64,000 nucleotides of DNA, from positions 5,372-69,371 of the forward strand of contig CAJQLY010000006.1 of NCBI GenBank assembly GCA_905479295.1, given 5' to 3'. This DNA comes from an uncultured Gammaproteobacteria bacterium. GTDB lineage: Bacteria; Pseudomonadota; Gammaproteobacteria; UBA4575. The notes under the pieces are model-generated. The model was given only the letters and a program-made list of their open reading frames with translations. It was not told where the DNA came from and did not search any database. Below are positions 11,138-21,560 of the stretch, one piece after another. Every line of letters begins with the position of its first letter. Position 1 is the first letter of the stretch. A program made the translations under genes and the position numbers.

Positions 11138-12124
11138 ATGAAGATCGGCCCACACGAACTCGACAATGCACTCATACTAGCGCCTATGGCGGGGGTCACT
11201 GATGTCACCTTTCGTAAACTTTGCCGGCGTTTAGGTGCGGGTTATACCGTCTCAGAAATGCTGACTGCGAATACCCAGCTCTGGAACTCAGATAAGTCTC
11301 GACTACGCCGTATCCATCTCGATGAGGCTAGCCCGCGTTCGGTACAAATTGTTGGCTCTGATCCAAAACAACTAGCTTATGCGGCCAAACTGAATGCCGA
11401 TCATGGCGCCGATATTATTGACATCAATATGGGATGCCCAGCAAAAAAGGTCTGCAAGGTTGCCGCTGGCTCAGCCTTGCTGGCCAATGAATCATTGGTT
11501 GCTGAAATATTAGCGAACGTGGTTGCCGCTGTTGATGTCCCTGTGACCCTAAAAATCAGAACGGGTAGCGACCCTGATCATCGTAATGGTGTACGTATTG
11601 CTCAGATTGCGGAAGACAGCGGCATTCAAATGCTAGCCGTACACGGTCGTACGCGTGCTTGTCGCTTTCTCGGTGAGGCAGAGTACGAAACCATCCGCCT
11701 AATTAAACAGCAAGTTAGCATCCCAGTAGCGGCTAACGGTGATATTACTAGCCCGCAGAAAGCGAAAAAGGTCTTGGCATTCACTAACGCAGATGCGATT
11801 ATGCTCGGGCGTGCAGCACAGGGTCGTCCATGGCTCTTTCGCGAAGTCGATCACTATCTAAAATATAATAATTTATTAGACAGTCCGCCATTGTCGGAAG
11901 TATCGGCTATTATGCTCGATCACTTGGATTCGCTCTATTCCCTTTATGGAAAAGAAAAGGGAGTGCTGATTGCACGCAAACATATTGGCTGGTATCTCGA
12001 TAACCTTGTTGATAGCCATGACTTTAAGAAAAGAGTCTTTGCTGCCACAGATGCCGACAGCCAGTTCGATATGGTTAAAATTTTTATGCAATGCGAAGTA
12101 AAAAATATGGAGAAAGTTGCATGA
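11138..12124 (+). CDS. dusB: tRNA-dihydrouridine synthase B
   Basis: The 328-aa product contains LAPMAGVTD..FR.LC, DINMGCPAKKV and VHGRTR. It is followed by fis. Confidence 0.95.
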   Translation: MKIGPHELDNALILAPMAGVTDVTFRKLCRRLGAGYTVSEMLTANTQLWNSDKSRLRRIHLDEASPRSVQIVGSDPKQLAYAAKLNADHGADIIDINMGCPAKKVCKVAAGSALLANESLVAEILANVVAAVDVPVTLKIRTGSDPDHRNGVRIAQIAEDSGIQMLAVHGRTRACRFLGEAEYETIRLIKQQVSIPVAANGDITSPQKAKKVLAFTNADAIMLGRAAQGRPWLFREVDHYLKYNNLLDSPPLSEVSAIMLDHLDSLYSLYGKEKGVLIARKHIGWYLDNLVDSHDFKKRVFAATDADSQFDMVKIFMQCEVKNMEKVA

Positions 12125-12402
12125 CCAGCTCTGCGCCCGATTTAGACATCTCGGACAGCCACTTACCGGCACCAACACAGGCTTTACACGAGTCTGTTGC
12201 ACAGTCACTACAGAATTATTTCAATAAGTTAGACGGCCACGCGCCAGAGGATTTATACCGCTTAGTCATCGAAGAAGTTGAGCGACCGCTATTAGATGCC
12301 GTTATGCGTTATTGCAAAGGCAATCAAACCAAAGCAGCACAGTATTTGGGATTAAATCGTGGCACCCTCCGCAAAAAACTTAAGCAATACGAACTAAGCT
12401 AA
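12121..12402 (+). CDS. fis: DNA-binding protein Fis
   Basis: The C-terminal HTH reads [27 protein letters not shown] place the start at ATG 12121, which forms an ATGA overlap with the dusB stop. Track start 12091 is an upstream extension inside dusB. Confidence 0.93.
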   Translation: MTSSAPDLDISDSHLPAPTQALHESVAQSLQNYFNKLDGHAPEDLYRLVIEEVERPLLDAVMRYCKGNQTKAAQYLGLNRGTLRKKLKQYELS

Positions 12403-12406
12403 AACT

Positions 12407-13993
12407 ATGACTGAATCAATACCTTGTGGTATCCAACGCGCCCTTATCAGTGTTTCAGATAAAAGTGGGATCATCGAATTTGCCACTGCACTTGCGGCTA
12501 AAAATATCGCGATCTTATCTACTGGCGGTACTGCTAAGACCTTAAAAGAGGCTGGCATCACTGTTACTGATGTCAGTGATCATACGGGGTTCCCTGAAAT
12601 CATGGCAGGTCGTGTAAAGACGCTACACCCGAAGATTCATGGTGGTATTTTAGGCCGTAGTGATACCGACGAAGCAGTAATGCAAGAGCATGCTATTGCT
12701 GCCATCGACCTAGTAGTTGTTAATCTCTATCCATTCGCTGCAACCATTGCTAAACCTGATTGTAGCTTTGATGATGCAATTGAGAATATCGACATTGGTG
12801 GACCAGCAATGATTCGTGCAGCGGCTAAAAACCATGCGCGTGTTGCAGTTGTGGTTGATCCACAAGATTACAATACACTAGTATCTGAATTGGACGATGA
12901 AAGCCAAAGCCTAAGTAGCAGCACACGCACTGAACTGGCACGCAAGGCCTTCAGCCACACAGCCAGTTATGATGGCATGATTGCTAATTACCTTGGCCAG
13001 CAAGCAAGTACAGCTGCTGATCAGAAAGGCCCAACCTATCCTGCTGACTTACACCTAAGCTTTAAACGTAAGCAAGACTTACGTTATGGTGAAAATCCAC
13101 ACCAGTCAGCCAGCTTCTATGTTGAAAGTTCTGCTGCAGCAGCCAGTGTCAGTGGTGCTACATTCATTCAAGGCAAGGCCTTATCATTTAATAATATTGC
13201 CGATACCGATGCAGCCCTAGAATGTGTCAAACAATTCTCAACGCCTGCCTGCGTCATCGTCAAACATGCCAACCCTTGTGGAGTGGCAGTTGCAGCCTCG
13301 ATTGATGAAGCTTATGACAAGGCCTACCAAACTGATCCAACCTCTGCCTTTGGTGGCATTATTGCTTTTAACCAGCCACTGACCTGCAAACTTGCAGCAA
13401 AGATCTTAGAGCAACAATTTATCGAAGTAATTATCGCCCCTGGAATGGAAGCTGGTGTAGAGCAGATTCTAAGTCGTAAACCCAATACACGCGTCTTAGA
13501 CTGTATTAGTACTGAAGCTGATTATTCTGGTCATGACTTACGTCGCGTCAATGGCGGACTATTAGTTCAAGATAAAGACTTTGCAATTATTGATGCTGCA
13601 GATTTACATGTGGTAACCAAGATACAACCTAGCGAAGAGCAGATTCGTGATCTATTGTTTGCGTGGAAGGTAGCTAAGTTTGTTAAGTCGAATGCCATTG
13701 TTTACGCCCGTGCAGAGCAAACCATTGGAGTTGGCGCCGGCCAAATGAGCCGCGTTTACTCAGCAAAGGTTGCTGGCATCAAGGCAGCAGATGAAAACCT
13801 TGTAGTCAGCGGTGCTGTGATGGCCTCAGATGCATTCTTCCCATTCCGTGACGGCATTGATATGGCTCATGCCGCAGGCATTTCAGCGATCATCCAGCCA
13901 GGTGGTTCACGTAATGATGAGGATGTTGTTGCTGCTGCTGATGAGCATGGACTAGCTATGGTCTACACCGGTGTACGTCACTTCCGGCATTAA
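12407..13993 (+). CDS. purH: bifunctional AICAR transformylase / IMP cyclohydrolase
   Basis: The 528-aa product contains [19 protein letters not shown]...GI.V..VS..TGFPE...[14 protein letters not shown] and the C-terminal VYTG.RHFRH. Confidence 0.98.
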   Translation: MTESIPCGIQRALISVSDKSGIIEFATALAAKNIAILSTGGTAKTLKEAGITVTDVSDHTGFPEIMAGRVKTLHPKIHGGILGRSDTDEAVMQEHAIAAIDLVVVNLYPFAATIAKPDCSFDDAIENIDIGGPAMIRAAAKNHARVAVVVDPQDYNTLVSELDDESQSLSSSTRTELARKAFSHTASYDGMIANYLGQQASTAADQKGPTYPADLHLSFKRKQDLRYGENPHQSASFYVESSAAAASVSGATFIQGKALSFNNIADTDAALECVKQFSTPACVIVKHANPCGVAVAASIDEAYDKAYQTDPTSAFGGIIAFNQPLTCKLAAKILEQQFIEVIIAPGMEAGVEQILSRKPNTRVLDCISTEADYSGHDLRRVNGGLLVQDKDFAIIDAADLHVVTKIQPSEEQIRDLLFAWKVAKFVKSNAIVYARAEQTIGVGAGQMSRVYSAKVAGIKAADENLVVSGAVMASDAFFPFRDGIDMAHAAGISAIIQPGGSRNDEDVVAAADEHGLAMVYTGVRHFRH

Positions 13994-14005
13994 GCCAAAG
14001 ACCTT

Positions 14006-14044
14006 TTAGACTTGGCAATGTAACACCTATGTTGCCACGTCTAA
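14006..14044. repeat. 13-bp imperfect inverted repeat after purH
   Basis: TTAGACTTGGCAA (14006-14018) pairs with TTGCCACGTCTAA (14032-14044) with one mismatch across a 13-nt loop. No U-tract follows on either strand, so its function as terminator or binding site is unclear. Confidence 0.35.
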
Positions 14045-14069
14045 AAACTCGACCCTCTAAGGGCATGAC

Positions 14070-14969
14070 ATGATCTCAAGCGCAATCTTTATTCATATTG
14101 TCCAGATCATGTTCCCAATTGTTGCGATTGTCTTACTCGGCATCTTCATTGGCCACTGGCAAAAACCTCAGCTTGATTCAATCAATAATATTAATCTCAA
14201 TGTCTTCATACCGGCATTGGTCTTCGCTTCTCTGATTGAGCATGACTTCGCATTACAGAGTAATGCCCTACTAGCCTTTGTCGCCTTATTACTGATGTTG
14301 GCCACTGGCATGCTGGCCTTTCCTCTGAGCCGTTTACTACGCACTGAATATCGAACAGTAGCACCACCTTTAATGTTTCATAATGCAGGCAATGTCGGCC
14401 TGCCATTGATGTTATTGGCTTTAGGTGATGCTGCCTTAGCACCTGCCTTAATCTTATTTCTAGTTGGCAATCTGGCACACTTTGCGATTGCTACTTATAT
14501 TTTGAACCGAGCGGCCAAGTGGTATCGTAGTCTTTCTTCACCTGCGATTCTTGCAGCAGTTTTTGCATTAGGGCTACAGCTAAGCGCAGTAGAGATCTCC
14601 CCAACGATTATTTTACCCATCCGAATGCTAGGAGATATTGCTGTGCCATTGATGTTGTTTGGCTTAGGGGTACAACTCAGTGATGCCGAATTTAGTCATT
14701 GGCGCTTGGGCCTCACACATGGCCTTATAACACCCGTGGTTGGCTTTAGCCTAGCGCTCTTATTGAGTCAGCTTTTCAATCTAGCACAAATTCAAACTGC
14801 AGCATTATTATTGTTTGGCACACTCCCTCCAGCAGTAATGAATTTCTTATTGGCCGAACGCTATGCGCAGGAACCTAGCAAGGTATCTGCTATAGTATTA
14901 ATCGGTAATGTTTTAGCAGTGTTTAGCCTGCCACTGGCATTACTCTATGTACTCCCACGATTTACCTGA
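14070..14969 (+). CDS. AEC (auxin efflux carrier) family transporter
   Basis: The 299-aa product is a polytopic membrane protein of about 10 TM helices. The N- and C-terminal halves resemble each other (LMLLALGD / LMLFGLGVQL), typical of the AEC/Mem_trans family. Confidence 0.7.
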   Translation: MISSAIFIHIVQIMFPIVAIVLLGIFIGHWQKPQLDSINNINLNVFIPALVFASLIEHDFALQSNALLAFVALLLMLATGMLAFPLSRLLRTEYRTVAPPLMFHNAGNVGLPLMLLALGDAALAPALILFLVGNLAHFAIATYILNRAAKWYRSLSSPAILAAVFALGLQLSAVEISPTIILPIRMLGDIAVPLMLFGLGVQLSDAEFSHWRLGLTHGLITPVVGFSLALLLSQLFNLAQIQTAALLLFGTLPPAVMNFLLAERYAQEPSKVSAIVLIGNVLAVFSLPLALLYVLPRFT

Positions 14970-14981
14970 AATAAATAAGTT

Positions 14982-16274
14982 ATGAAAAAAATATTAGTCA
15001 TTGGCAATGGCGGACGTGAACATGCATTGGCATGGAAGCTGAAGCAATCAAACGATGTAGCCATCGTCTATGTCGCCCCCGGTAACGCTGGTACCGAACA
15101 AGAGCTAGGTATTGAGAATATTGCCATTGCTAGTGACGATATTACCGCCTTACTTTCATTTGCACAGGAACAGCAGATTGACTTAACCGTTGTTGGTCCT
15201 GAAGCACCTTTGGTCGCTGGCATTGTTGATGAATTCCAAGCCGCCGGTATGAATATTTTTGGTCCACGAAAATTTAATGCTCAGCTGGAAGGTTCAAAAA
15301 GCTTTGCTAAACAGTTCATGCGAGAACATGGTATTCCTACTGCAGCTTATGCTGAGTTCACTGCGATCACGCCGGCATTAGATTTTCTTGCACAACAAGA
15401 TCTACCAATCGTCGTTAAGGCCGATGGTCTGGCTGCCGGCAAGGGTGTTGTTATCGCACAGACTGCAGATCAAGCACAGCAGGCGGTACACGATATGCTC
15501 AGCGGCGAGGCACATGGTGCTGCTGGCCAAAAAATTGTGATTGAAGAATTTCTCTATGGTCAAGAGATCAGTTTCATCTGTATGGTTGATCATGATGTAG
15601 TTGTACCATTGGCTACCTCGCAAGATCATAAGGCACGCGATGATGGTGACCTCGGCCCGAATACTGGAGGTATGGGTGCCTATTCACCAGCCCCTTTGGT
15701 AGATGATGCTATGCATCAACGCATCATGCATGAAGTAATCCATCCGACAGCCCAAGGTTTTATGGCTAGTGGCAAACCGTTCCAAGGTTTCCTTTATGCC
15801 GGCCTGATGATTTCAGATAAGGGTATACCTAAAGTCCTGGAATATAACTGTCGTTTTGGTGATCCCGAGACACAACCGATTATGCAGCGCCTACGCAGTG
15901 ATCTCACTGAACTCTGCTTGGCAGCAGCAAAGAATGAACTGCAGCCAACTGAATTAGATTGGGATTCACGTAGTGCTTTAGCTGTTGTACTCGCTGCTGG
16001 CGGTTACCCTTTCGACTATGCCAAAGGTGAGGTGATTTCAGGATTGGATCAAAATTTAGGTAACGATTGCAAAGTCTTTCATGCCGGCACCGCTAGACAG
16101 GGGGAAGACATTGTCACTGCAGGTGGGCGTGTACTCTGTGTTAGTGCTTTAGGGGATGATATTGCACAAGCGCAAGCAAGGGCCTACCAGGCAGCTGCAA
16201 CTATTAATTGGTGTGATGTTTATTTTCGCCATGATATTGGGCATCGGGCGATTACTGACAAGTCGCAAGACTGA
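14982..16274 (+). CDS. purD: phosphoribosylamine--glycine ligase
   Basis: The 430-aa product begins MKILVIGNGGREHALAWKL and contains VKADGLAAGKGV, GPNTGGMGAYSP and EYNCRFGDPE. Confidence 0.98.
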   Translation: MKKILVIGNGGREHALAWKLKQSNDVAIVYVAPGNAGTEQELGIENIAIASDDITALLSFAQEQQIDLTVVGPEAPLVAGIVDEFQAAGMNIFGPRKFNAQLEGSKSFAKQFMREHGIPTAAYAEFTAITPALDFLAQQDLPIVVKADGLAAGKGVVIAQTADQAQQAVHDMLSGEAHGAAGQKIVIEEFLYGQEISFICMVDHDVVVPLATSQDHKARDDGDLGPNTGGMGAYSPAPLVDDAMHQRIMHEVIHPTAQGFMASGKPFQGFLYAGLMISDKGIPKVLEYNCRFGDPETQPIMQRLRSDLTELCLAAAKNELQPTELDWDSRSALAVVLAAGGYPFDYAKGEVISGLDQNLGNDCKVFHAGTARQGEDIVTAGGRVLCVSALGDDIAQAQARAYQAAATINWCDVYFRHDIGHRAITDKSQD

Positions 16275-16297
16275 ATATTATTTTCAGACTTGCGACT
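16261..16297. terminator. convergent-gene hairpin between purD and rho
   Basis: A 15-bp stem with one mismatch, AGTCGCAAGACTGAA (16261-75) / TTCAGACTTGCGACT (16283-97), has a 7-nt loop. It includes the purD stop codon. No clear U-tract is present, so intrinsic termination is uncertain. Confidence 0.5.
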
Positions 16298-16310
16298 GAC
16301 TGAACTATGC

Positions 16311-17567
16311 TTAGCGTTTCATCGCATGGAAGAAGTCGACATTATTCTTGCTCGACTGCATACGTCCAAGCATGAATTCCATCGCCTCTAGTTCATCCAT
16401 GGAGTGTAGGAATTTACGTAAAATCCACATCTTCTGTAGCATATCAGGTTCAATCAACAGCTCTTCACGACGCGTACCAGAACGGTTGATATTGATCGCT
16501 GGGTAGATGCGTTTTTCAGCAATACGGCGATCCATATGAATCTCCATATTACCGGTACCTTTAAATTCTTCGTAGATCACATCATCCATCTTCGAACCGG
16601 TTTCTACCAATGCAGTGGCTAAGATAGTTAAGCTACCACCTTCTTCGATATTACGTGCAGCACCAAAGAAACGCTTTGGACGGTTTAGTGCATTGGCTTC
16701 AACACCACCTGTTAAGACCTTGCCAGATGAGGGTGCAACGGTGTTATAAGCACGTGCTAACCGAGTAATTGAATCAAGTAAAATAACTACATCGCGTTTA
16801 TGTTCAACTAGACGCTTGGCCTTTTCAATCACCATCTCAGCAACTTGCACATGTCTACTAGCAGGCTCATCAAAGGTGCTTGAAACCACTTCACCCTGAA
16901 CCATGCGCTCCATCTCTGTTACTTCTTCTGGTCGCTCATCAATCAACAAGACAATCAGATAACACTCAGGATGATTGGCGGTAATACTCTGTGCAATGTT
17001 CTGCAACATAATCGTTTTACCTGCCTTAGGAGGTGAAACGATAAGACCACGTTGACCTTTGCCAATAGGCGCAACGACATCGATGATACGTGCCGTAATA
17101 TCTTCTGTGCTGCCATTACCTCGTGATAACGACAATGGCTCTTCAGCATGTAGTGGTGTTAGGTTTTCAAATAATACTTTAGATTTTGCATTCTCAGGAG
17201 TATCAAAGTTGATCTCATCAACCTTGAGCATCGCAAAGTAGCGCTCGCTATCTTTGGGTGGGCGTATTTTACCAGTGATGGTATCGCCGGTACGTAAACC
17301 AAAACGCCTAATCTGACTAGGTGAAACATAAATATCATCCGGCCCAGCTAAGTAAGAACAATCTGCTGAACGCAAGAAGCCAAAGCCATCTTGTAAGATC
17401 TCAAGCACACCATTACCAAATATATCCTCACCACTTTTGGCATGTGCCTTAAGGATAGAGAAGACAATGTCTTGCTTCCGGGATCGGGCTATATTTTCTA
17501 TGCCCATAGAGTTTGCTAGATCAACAAGTTCTGCAGCAGATTTTTTCTTCAGTTCGGTAAGATTCAT
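16311..17567 (-). CDS. rho: transcription termination factor Rho
   Basis: [25 protein letters not shown] aligns with the E. coli Rho N-terminus. Walker [18 protein letters not shown] and RKFLH are present. The track ORF (to 17636) begins at an upstream TTG; I use the conserved ATG at 17567. Confidence 0.97.
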   Translation of the reverse strand: MNLTELKKKSAAELVDLANSMGIENIARSRKQDIVFSILKAHAKSGEDIFGNGVLEILQDGFGFLRSADCSYLAGPDDIYVSPSQIRRFGLRTGDTITGKIRPPKDSERYFAMLKVDEINFDTPENAKSKVLFENLTPLHAEEPLSLSRGNGSTEDITARIIDVVAPIGKGQRGLIVSPPKAGKTIMLQNIAQSITANHPECYLIVLLIDERPEEVTEMERMVQGEVVSSTFDEPASRHVQVAEMVIEKAKRLVEHKRDVVILLDSITRLARAYNTVAPSSGKVLTGGVEANALNRPKRFFGAARNIEEGGSLTILATALVETGSKMDDVIYEEFKGTGNMEIHMDRRIAEKRIYPAININRSGTRREELLIEPDMLQKMWILRKFLHSMDELEAMEFMLGRMQSSKNNVDFFHAMKR

Positions 17568-17588
17568 GGATTCTTGGATTCTTGGATT
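17568..17588 (-). repeat. tandem 8-nt repeat abutting the rho start codon
   Basis: The plus strand reads GGATTCTT GGATTCTT GGATT. The minus strand reads AATCC AAGAATCC AAGAATCC immediately 5' of ATG. This is 2.6 copies with no canonical Shine-Dalgarno sequence. Confidence 0.7.
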
Positions 17589-17815
17589 GTTTAAGTATTG
17601 AGAATGATAACGGCGGACAAAAGAGAATTTCCGCAAAGATAATAGTGGCTCGCCATACGTAGCCGAATAAGAAATTTTTTTTAAATATAGAGATCAGTAA
17701 GGCGAGAGCACGCTTGGAAGCGCGATTCAATTGTCAAAGTATCACTATTATGGGGCATCGTCTACCCCATACAGCCAGCCTACTTTCAGTTGTTACAAAA
17801 TCAGCATCTACACCC

Positions 17816-18142
17816 TTAAATACTTTGATCAATAAAGGCGGTTAGTTGCGACTTAGATAATGAACCCACTTTAGTCGCATGCACTTCACCTGCCTTAAAA
17901 ATCATCAAGGTAGGTATGCCGCGAATACCAAATTTTGGTGGTGTTTCTGGGTTTTCATCGATATTCAGCTTAACGATCTTCAACCGCCCCGAATATTCAC
18001 TAGCAATATCTTCTAATACTGGTGCAATCATTTTGCATGGACCACACCACTCTGCCCAATAATCGACTAATACAGGTTGTTCACTCTTTAAAACATCTTC
18101 TTCAAACGATGTATCACTTACAGCTGTGATATTTTCACTCAC
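17816..18142 (-). CDS. trxA: thioredoxin
   Basis: The product contains [18 protein letters not shown] and [17 protein letters not shown] at 18142 gives the canonical 108-aa protein ((M)[16 protein letters not shown]). The track ORF extends 33 codons upstream. The trxA-rho order matches E. coli. Confidence 0.95.
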   Translation of the reverse strand: MSENITAVSDTSFEEDVLKSEQPVLVDYWAEWCGPCKMIAPVLEDIASEYSGRLKIVKLNIDENPETPPKFGIRGIPTLMIFKAGEVHATKVGSLSKSQLTAFIDQSI

Positions 18143-18336
18143 GATTTTGGGCCTCTCAGGCTGGTGGGTTAAAAAAGAAAAGTAAATCCGGATGGCTTCA
18201 CTCTCAATTCTATTTTTATCTGAAAACGCAGGGGAAAACAAGCGTAAGCTGTAGAATAAATTGATCCTGTACTAAGTAGTACAAAGACTGCTCCAACTAC
18301 TCTTATGACACTAGCTTTCGCTATACTAAGGTTATT

Positions 18337-19224
18337 ATGACTAAAAATATTGCAATATTAGGTGGTAGTGGCTTTGTTGGCAGTGAACTTTGTCGCCGTT
18401 TAACTGCAGAGGGACACAAGATACGCGTGCTTAGCCGAAAGCTAGCAAGTGCCACAGCTATTTCTGACCTACCTAATCTAACGCTACATCACTGTCCCGA
18501 ATACTCGGTATCTGAGCTCACCCAAGCAACCCAATCCTGTGATGTTCTGATTAATTTAATTGGGATACTGAACGAAAAAGGCCGTGATGGCAGCGGTTTT
18601 GATGCCGCACACTATACGATCACCCAAAATGCCCTGCAGGCCTGCATTAGTAACGCCATCCCACGCATGCTCCAACTCAGTGCCTTGCATGCTGATGTTG
18701 ACGGACCTAGTCATTATTTACGCAGCAAAGGTAAAGCAGAGGCCTTGCTTAATAACTGTCATGACATCGATATCACTATTTTCAAGCCATCGGTTATTTT
18801 TGGTCCAGGCGATAGTTTTCTCAATCGTTTTGCTGATTTACTGCGTTTTACTCCAGGGGTTTTCCCTCTAGCTTGTGGCAATGCACGCTTTGCCCCAGTT
18901 TATGTTGGTGATGTCGTTACAGCGATGGCTAACTCTCTTGAGCAAATAGACAGTTATGGCAACAGCTATGAGCTCTGCGGCCCTAATATTTATACCTTAA
19001 AGCAGCTGGTTGAATTGACTGGTGAATTCTCCGGCCATCCTCGCTGGGTAATTTCACTACCACCGACACTATCTAAACTGCAAGCGATGCTACTAGAATT
19101 AGTCCCAGGGAAACCCATGTCGATGGATAATTTTAGATCGTTATCGCTAGATAGCATCTGCGGTGAATGTACCCCATGCCAAACGTCATTAGAGTCGATT
19201 GCACCCACCTATCTTAGAAAATAA
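18337..19224 (+). CDS. NAD(P)H-binding epimerase/dehydratase-fold protein (NDUFA9/complex I-like family)
   Basis: The 295-aa product has an N-terminal Rossmann motif ILGGSGFVGSEL, then YLRSKG.AE and RF.PVYV.DV. Function is not assignable from sequence. Confidence 0.65.
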   Translation: MTKNIAILGGSGFVGSELCRRLTAEGHKIRVLSRKLASATAISDLPNLTLHHCPEYSVSELTQATQSCDVLINLIGILNEKGRDGSGFDAAHYTITQNALQACISNAIPRMLQLSALHADVDGPSHYLRSKGKAEALLNNCHDIDITIFKPSVIFGPGDSFLNRFADLLRFTPGVFPLACGNARFAPVYVGDVVTAMANSLEQIDSYGNSYELCGPNIYTLKQLVELTGEFSGHPRWVISLPPTLSKLQAMLLELVPGKPMSMDNFRSLSLDSICGECTPCQTSLESIAPTYLRK

Positions 19225-19321
19225 CAGCGCCAGCTGAGGTATCATTCTCAGCCATGAAATTCTTTTCTGTCTGCTACCTAAGCATGTAAACTATAGCTTA
19301 GTTCAACTTTAGTAAGACATC

Positions 19322-20485
19322 ATGCAGACCTATCTTGTTGGCGGTGCAGTCCGTGATCGACTGTTAGACCTACCGGTATTAGAACGTGACTGGGTAGTCG
19401 TTGGCGCAACTGCAGCCGAACTGATTGCGTTGGGTTATCAGCAAGTAGGCAAAGACTTTCCTGTTTTTCTACATCCACAAAGTAAAGAAGAATACGCCCT
19501 TGCTAGAACCGAACGCAAAGTCTCGCAAGGGCATACTGGCTTCACTGTGCATACCGCGCCAGAGGTCACTTTAGAGGAAGATTTAATTCGCCGTGATCTA
19601 ACGATTAATGCAATTGCGGAAGATGCTGATGGCAACCTGATTGACCCTTATGGTGGCTTGAAAGATATTCAACAACGCAGACTGCAACATATCTCAGCAG
19701 CTTTTGCAGAAGACCCTTTACGTGTATTACGCGTTGCTCGTTTTGCCACCAAGTTAAATCCATTAGGCTTTAGTATCAGCCCATCGACATCTGCATTAAT
19801 GTGCTCGATTGCTGAGTCTGGTGAATTAGGTCTACTCTCAAGAGAACGCGTCTGGCAGGAGACACGCAAGGCCTTAAGCTGCCCACAGGCACAGATCTAT
19901 TTCCAAGTACTACTAGAACATAAGGCCTTGAACCAATTGGCACCTGAACTTGCGCTAGGTCTAGAAAAACAATGCACTGCACTGACCCAGTTGGCTCAAT
20001 TACCAAATGCAGATATTCGTTTTAGTGCCAGTGTATTGCTCGCTTGCCGAGAAGAACAAGGATTTAATTTCGAGCGCTGTGAAACTATTTTAAGTTATTT
20101 TGCTACCCCAAAGGCCTTACAACAAGAGACCTTGTTGATGGCGAAATACTGGATTGCATGCGAGCATTTCTTCTCTCATTCTTCTGCTGAAAATCTAAAG
20201 ATGTTATCTGCATTGGATGTATTTCGTCGCAGTGCGCGCTGTCAACATATTCTAGATTCCATGCGCTTGATTGCAGCAATGCTAGCAGCACCAGAGTCTG
20301 TCGATGTAATGCAACAACGCCTACATGCTATTAGCAAGATTGCCCATGATATTAGTTTAGTCCGACTACCCAAGGCAGAGCAGGAACGCTTGCATGGTAA
20401 AGAGATCGGTGACGCCTTAGAAAAAGCGAGATGTCATGCGCTAGAACAGGGCATGAATAAAGCCAAGGAAGGCCAGGCGCTTTAA
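19322..20485 (+). CDS. cca: CCA-adding tRNA nucleotidyltransferase (class II) with degenerate HD region
   Basis: The first ~200 residues are collinear with E. coli Cca ([36 protein letters not shown]...[31 protein letters not shown]). The HD motifs of E. coli Cca (WHPEIDTGIH..CHDLGK) are not present in the C-terminal half. Confidence 0.9.
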   Translation: MQTYLVGGAVRDRLLDLPVLERDWVVVGATAAELIALGYQQVGKDFPVFLHPQSKEEYALARTERKVSQGHTGFTVHTAPEVTLEEDLIRRDLTINAIAEDADGNLIDPYGGLKDIQQRRLQHISAAFAEDPLRVLRVARFATKLNPLGFSISPSTSALMCSIAESGELGLLSRERVWQETRKALSCPQAQIYFQVLLEHKALNQLAPELALGLEKQCTALTQLAQLPNADIRFSASVLLACREEQGFNFERCETILSYFATPKALQQETLLMAKYWIACEHFFSHSSAENLKMLSALDVFRRSARCQHILDSMRLIAAMLAAPESVDVMQQRLHAISKIAHDISLVRLPKAEQERLHGKEIGDALEKARCHALEQGMNKAKEGQAL

Positions 20486-20491
20486 TCATGA

Positions 20492-21283
20492 CTATAAGAA
20501 AACTAATAAAGCACCACCTAGCGCTAGACGATAAATAACAAATGGCATTAAGCCTATTGTTGTAATTAATCTCAGAAAGATAGCAATACAAAGATAGGCA
20601 ACCAACGCTGAAACTACGATAACCAAACACAGTTCAGACCAATCAATTGCTATCGCCTGCGTTGATAGATCACGCGCCTTAAAAATAACGGCACCAAAGA
20701 TAGTTGGAATTGATAATAGAAAAGAAAATCGTGCCGCCGCTGTACGATGTTGCCCCAACATTAAAGCTGCTGTCATAGTAACCCCAGCACGAGATGTCCC
20801 TGGAATAAGTGCAAGCACTTGTGCACAGCCAATCAAAAACACAGCCCTTAGGCTCAATTGATATTCATTGCGTAGTTCTCGCGCACTAAGTGCGGCATAG
20901 GCAAGCAATAACGCAAATATCAAAGTAGTGATCACAATAATGAATGGATCACGCGTATAACGCTCAATCCAATCAGCAGCAAAGAAGGCAACTATTACAA
21001 TCGGCAAGGTCGCAATAACAAGATGCCCAACTAAGCGTAATTCCTCACTGTTTTTACTGACGCTTGGAGTGATGCAAGCAGACACCATTTGCCATAACTG
21101 AACGCGAAAGTAGAGCAAGACCGCAAGCAAGCTACCCGCGTGGGCTGCAACATCAACTAGTAACCCTTGATCTGGCCATCCTAGTAGTTTTGATAACAAC
21201 ACCAGATGTGCAGAGCTAGAGACAGGCAAAAACTCTGTCAGTCCTTGCACTATCCCCAACCAAATCAGTTGTATCGTATCCAT
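20492..21283 (-). CDS. uppP: undecaprenyl-diphosphate phosphatase
   Basis: The 263-aa membrane protein contains GLTEFLPVSSSAHL and PGTSRAG.T, the BacA/UppP signatures. Confidence 0.95.
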   Translation of the reverse strand: MDTIQLIWLGIVQGLTEFLPVSSSAHLVLLSKLLGWPDQGLLVDVAAHAGSLLAVLLYFRVQLWQMVSACITPSVSKNSEELRLVGHLVIATLPIVIVAFFAADWIERYTRDPFIIVITTLIFALLLAYAALSARELRNEYQLSLRAVFLIGCAQVLALIPGTSRAGVTMTAALMLGQHRTAAARFSFLLSIPTIFGAVIFKARDLSTQAIAIDWSELCLVIVVSALVAYLCIAIFLRLITTIGLMPFVIYRLALGGALLVFL

Positions 21284-21560
21284 AGGTAGTAGGTTGCCGG
21301 CTTAACTTACTCAGTGAATCGGATGGTTATGTTCTTGTTTATGTACTGGGCAGGGTCTTATAGACTGGCTTACACATCTATTCGAGGGCACCCTAACTCT
21401 TGTAATCTTAGTATGCTTGCGTTGTGATTGATTTAATAACAGCACAGTCTTTACCATAACGCCTATCATATATTTATTTTTTTCAGTATGACCTACTAAA
21501 AATAGATCAATAACAATATTCAAAATAAGAATATCTGAATAAGAATAGACTATCCAAAAA

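Noticed and set aside
17568-17636. 5' extensions offered by the ORF track for rho, trxA (to 18241), fis (12091), yqeY (48393), aroB (53149), rpoD (58569), the M16 peptidase (32784) and the SCO-like gene (39045)
   Set aside because: Conserved N-termini of the respective families, signal-peptide positions or stop/start overlaps with the upstream gene all support the downstream start codons. Several of the extensions also begin with non-ATG codons inside the preceding gene.
21311-21523. 70-aa ORF in the uppP / pteridine-reductase intergenic region
   Set aside because: The sequence looks like AT-rich promoter DNA. The predicted peptide has no features (His/Lys-rich, no TM helix or motif). It more likely sits in the divergent promoter region.
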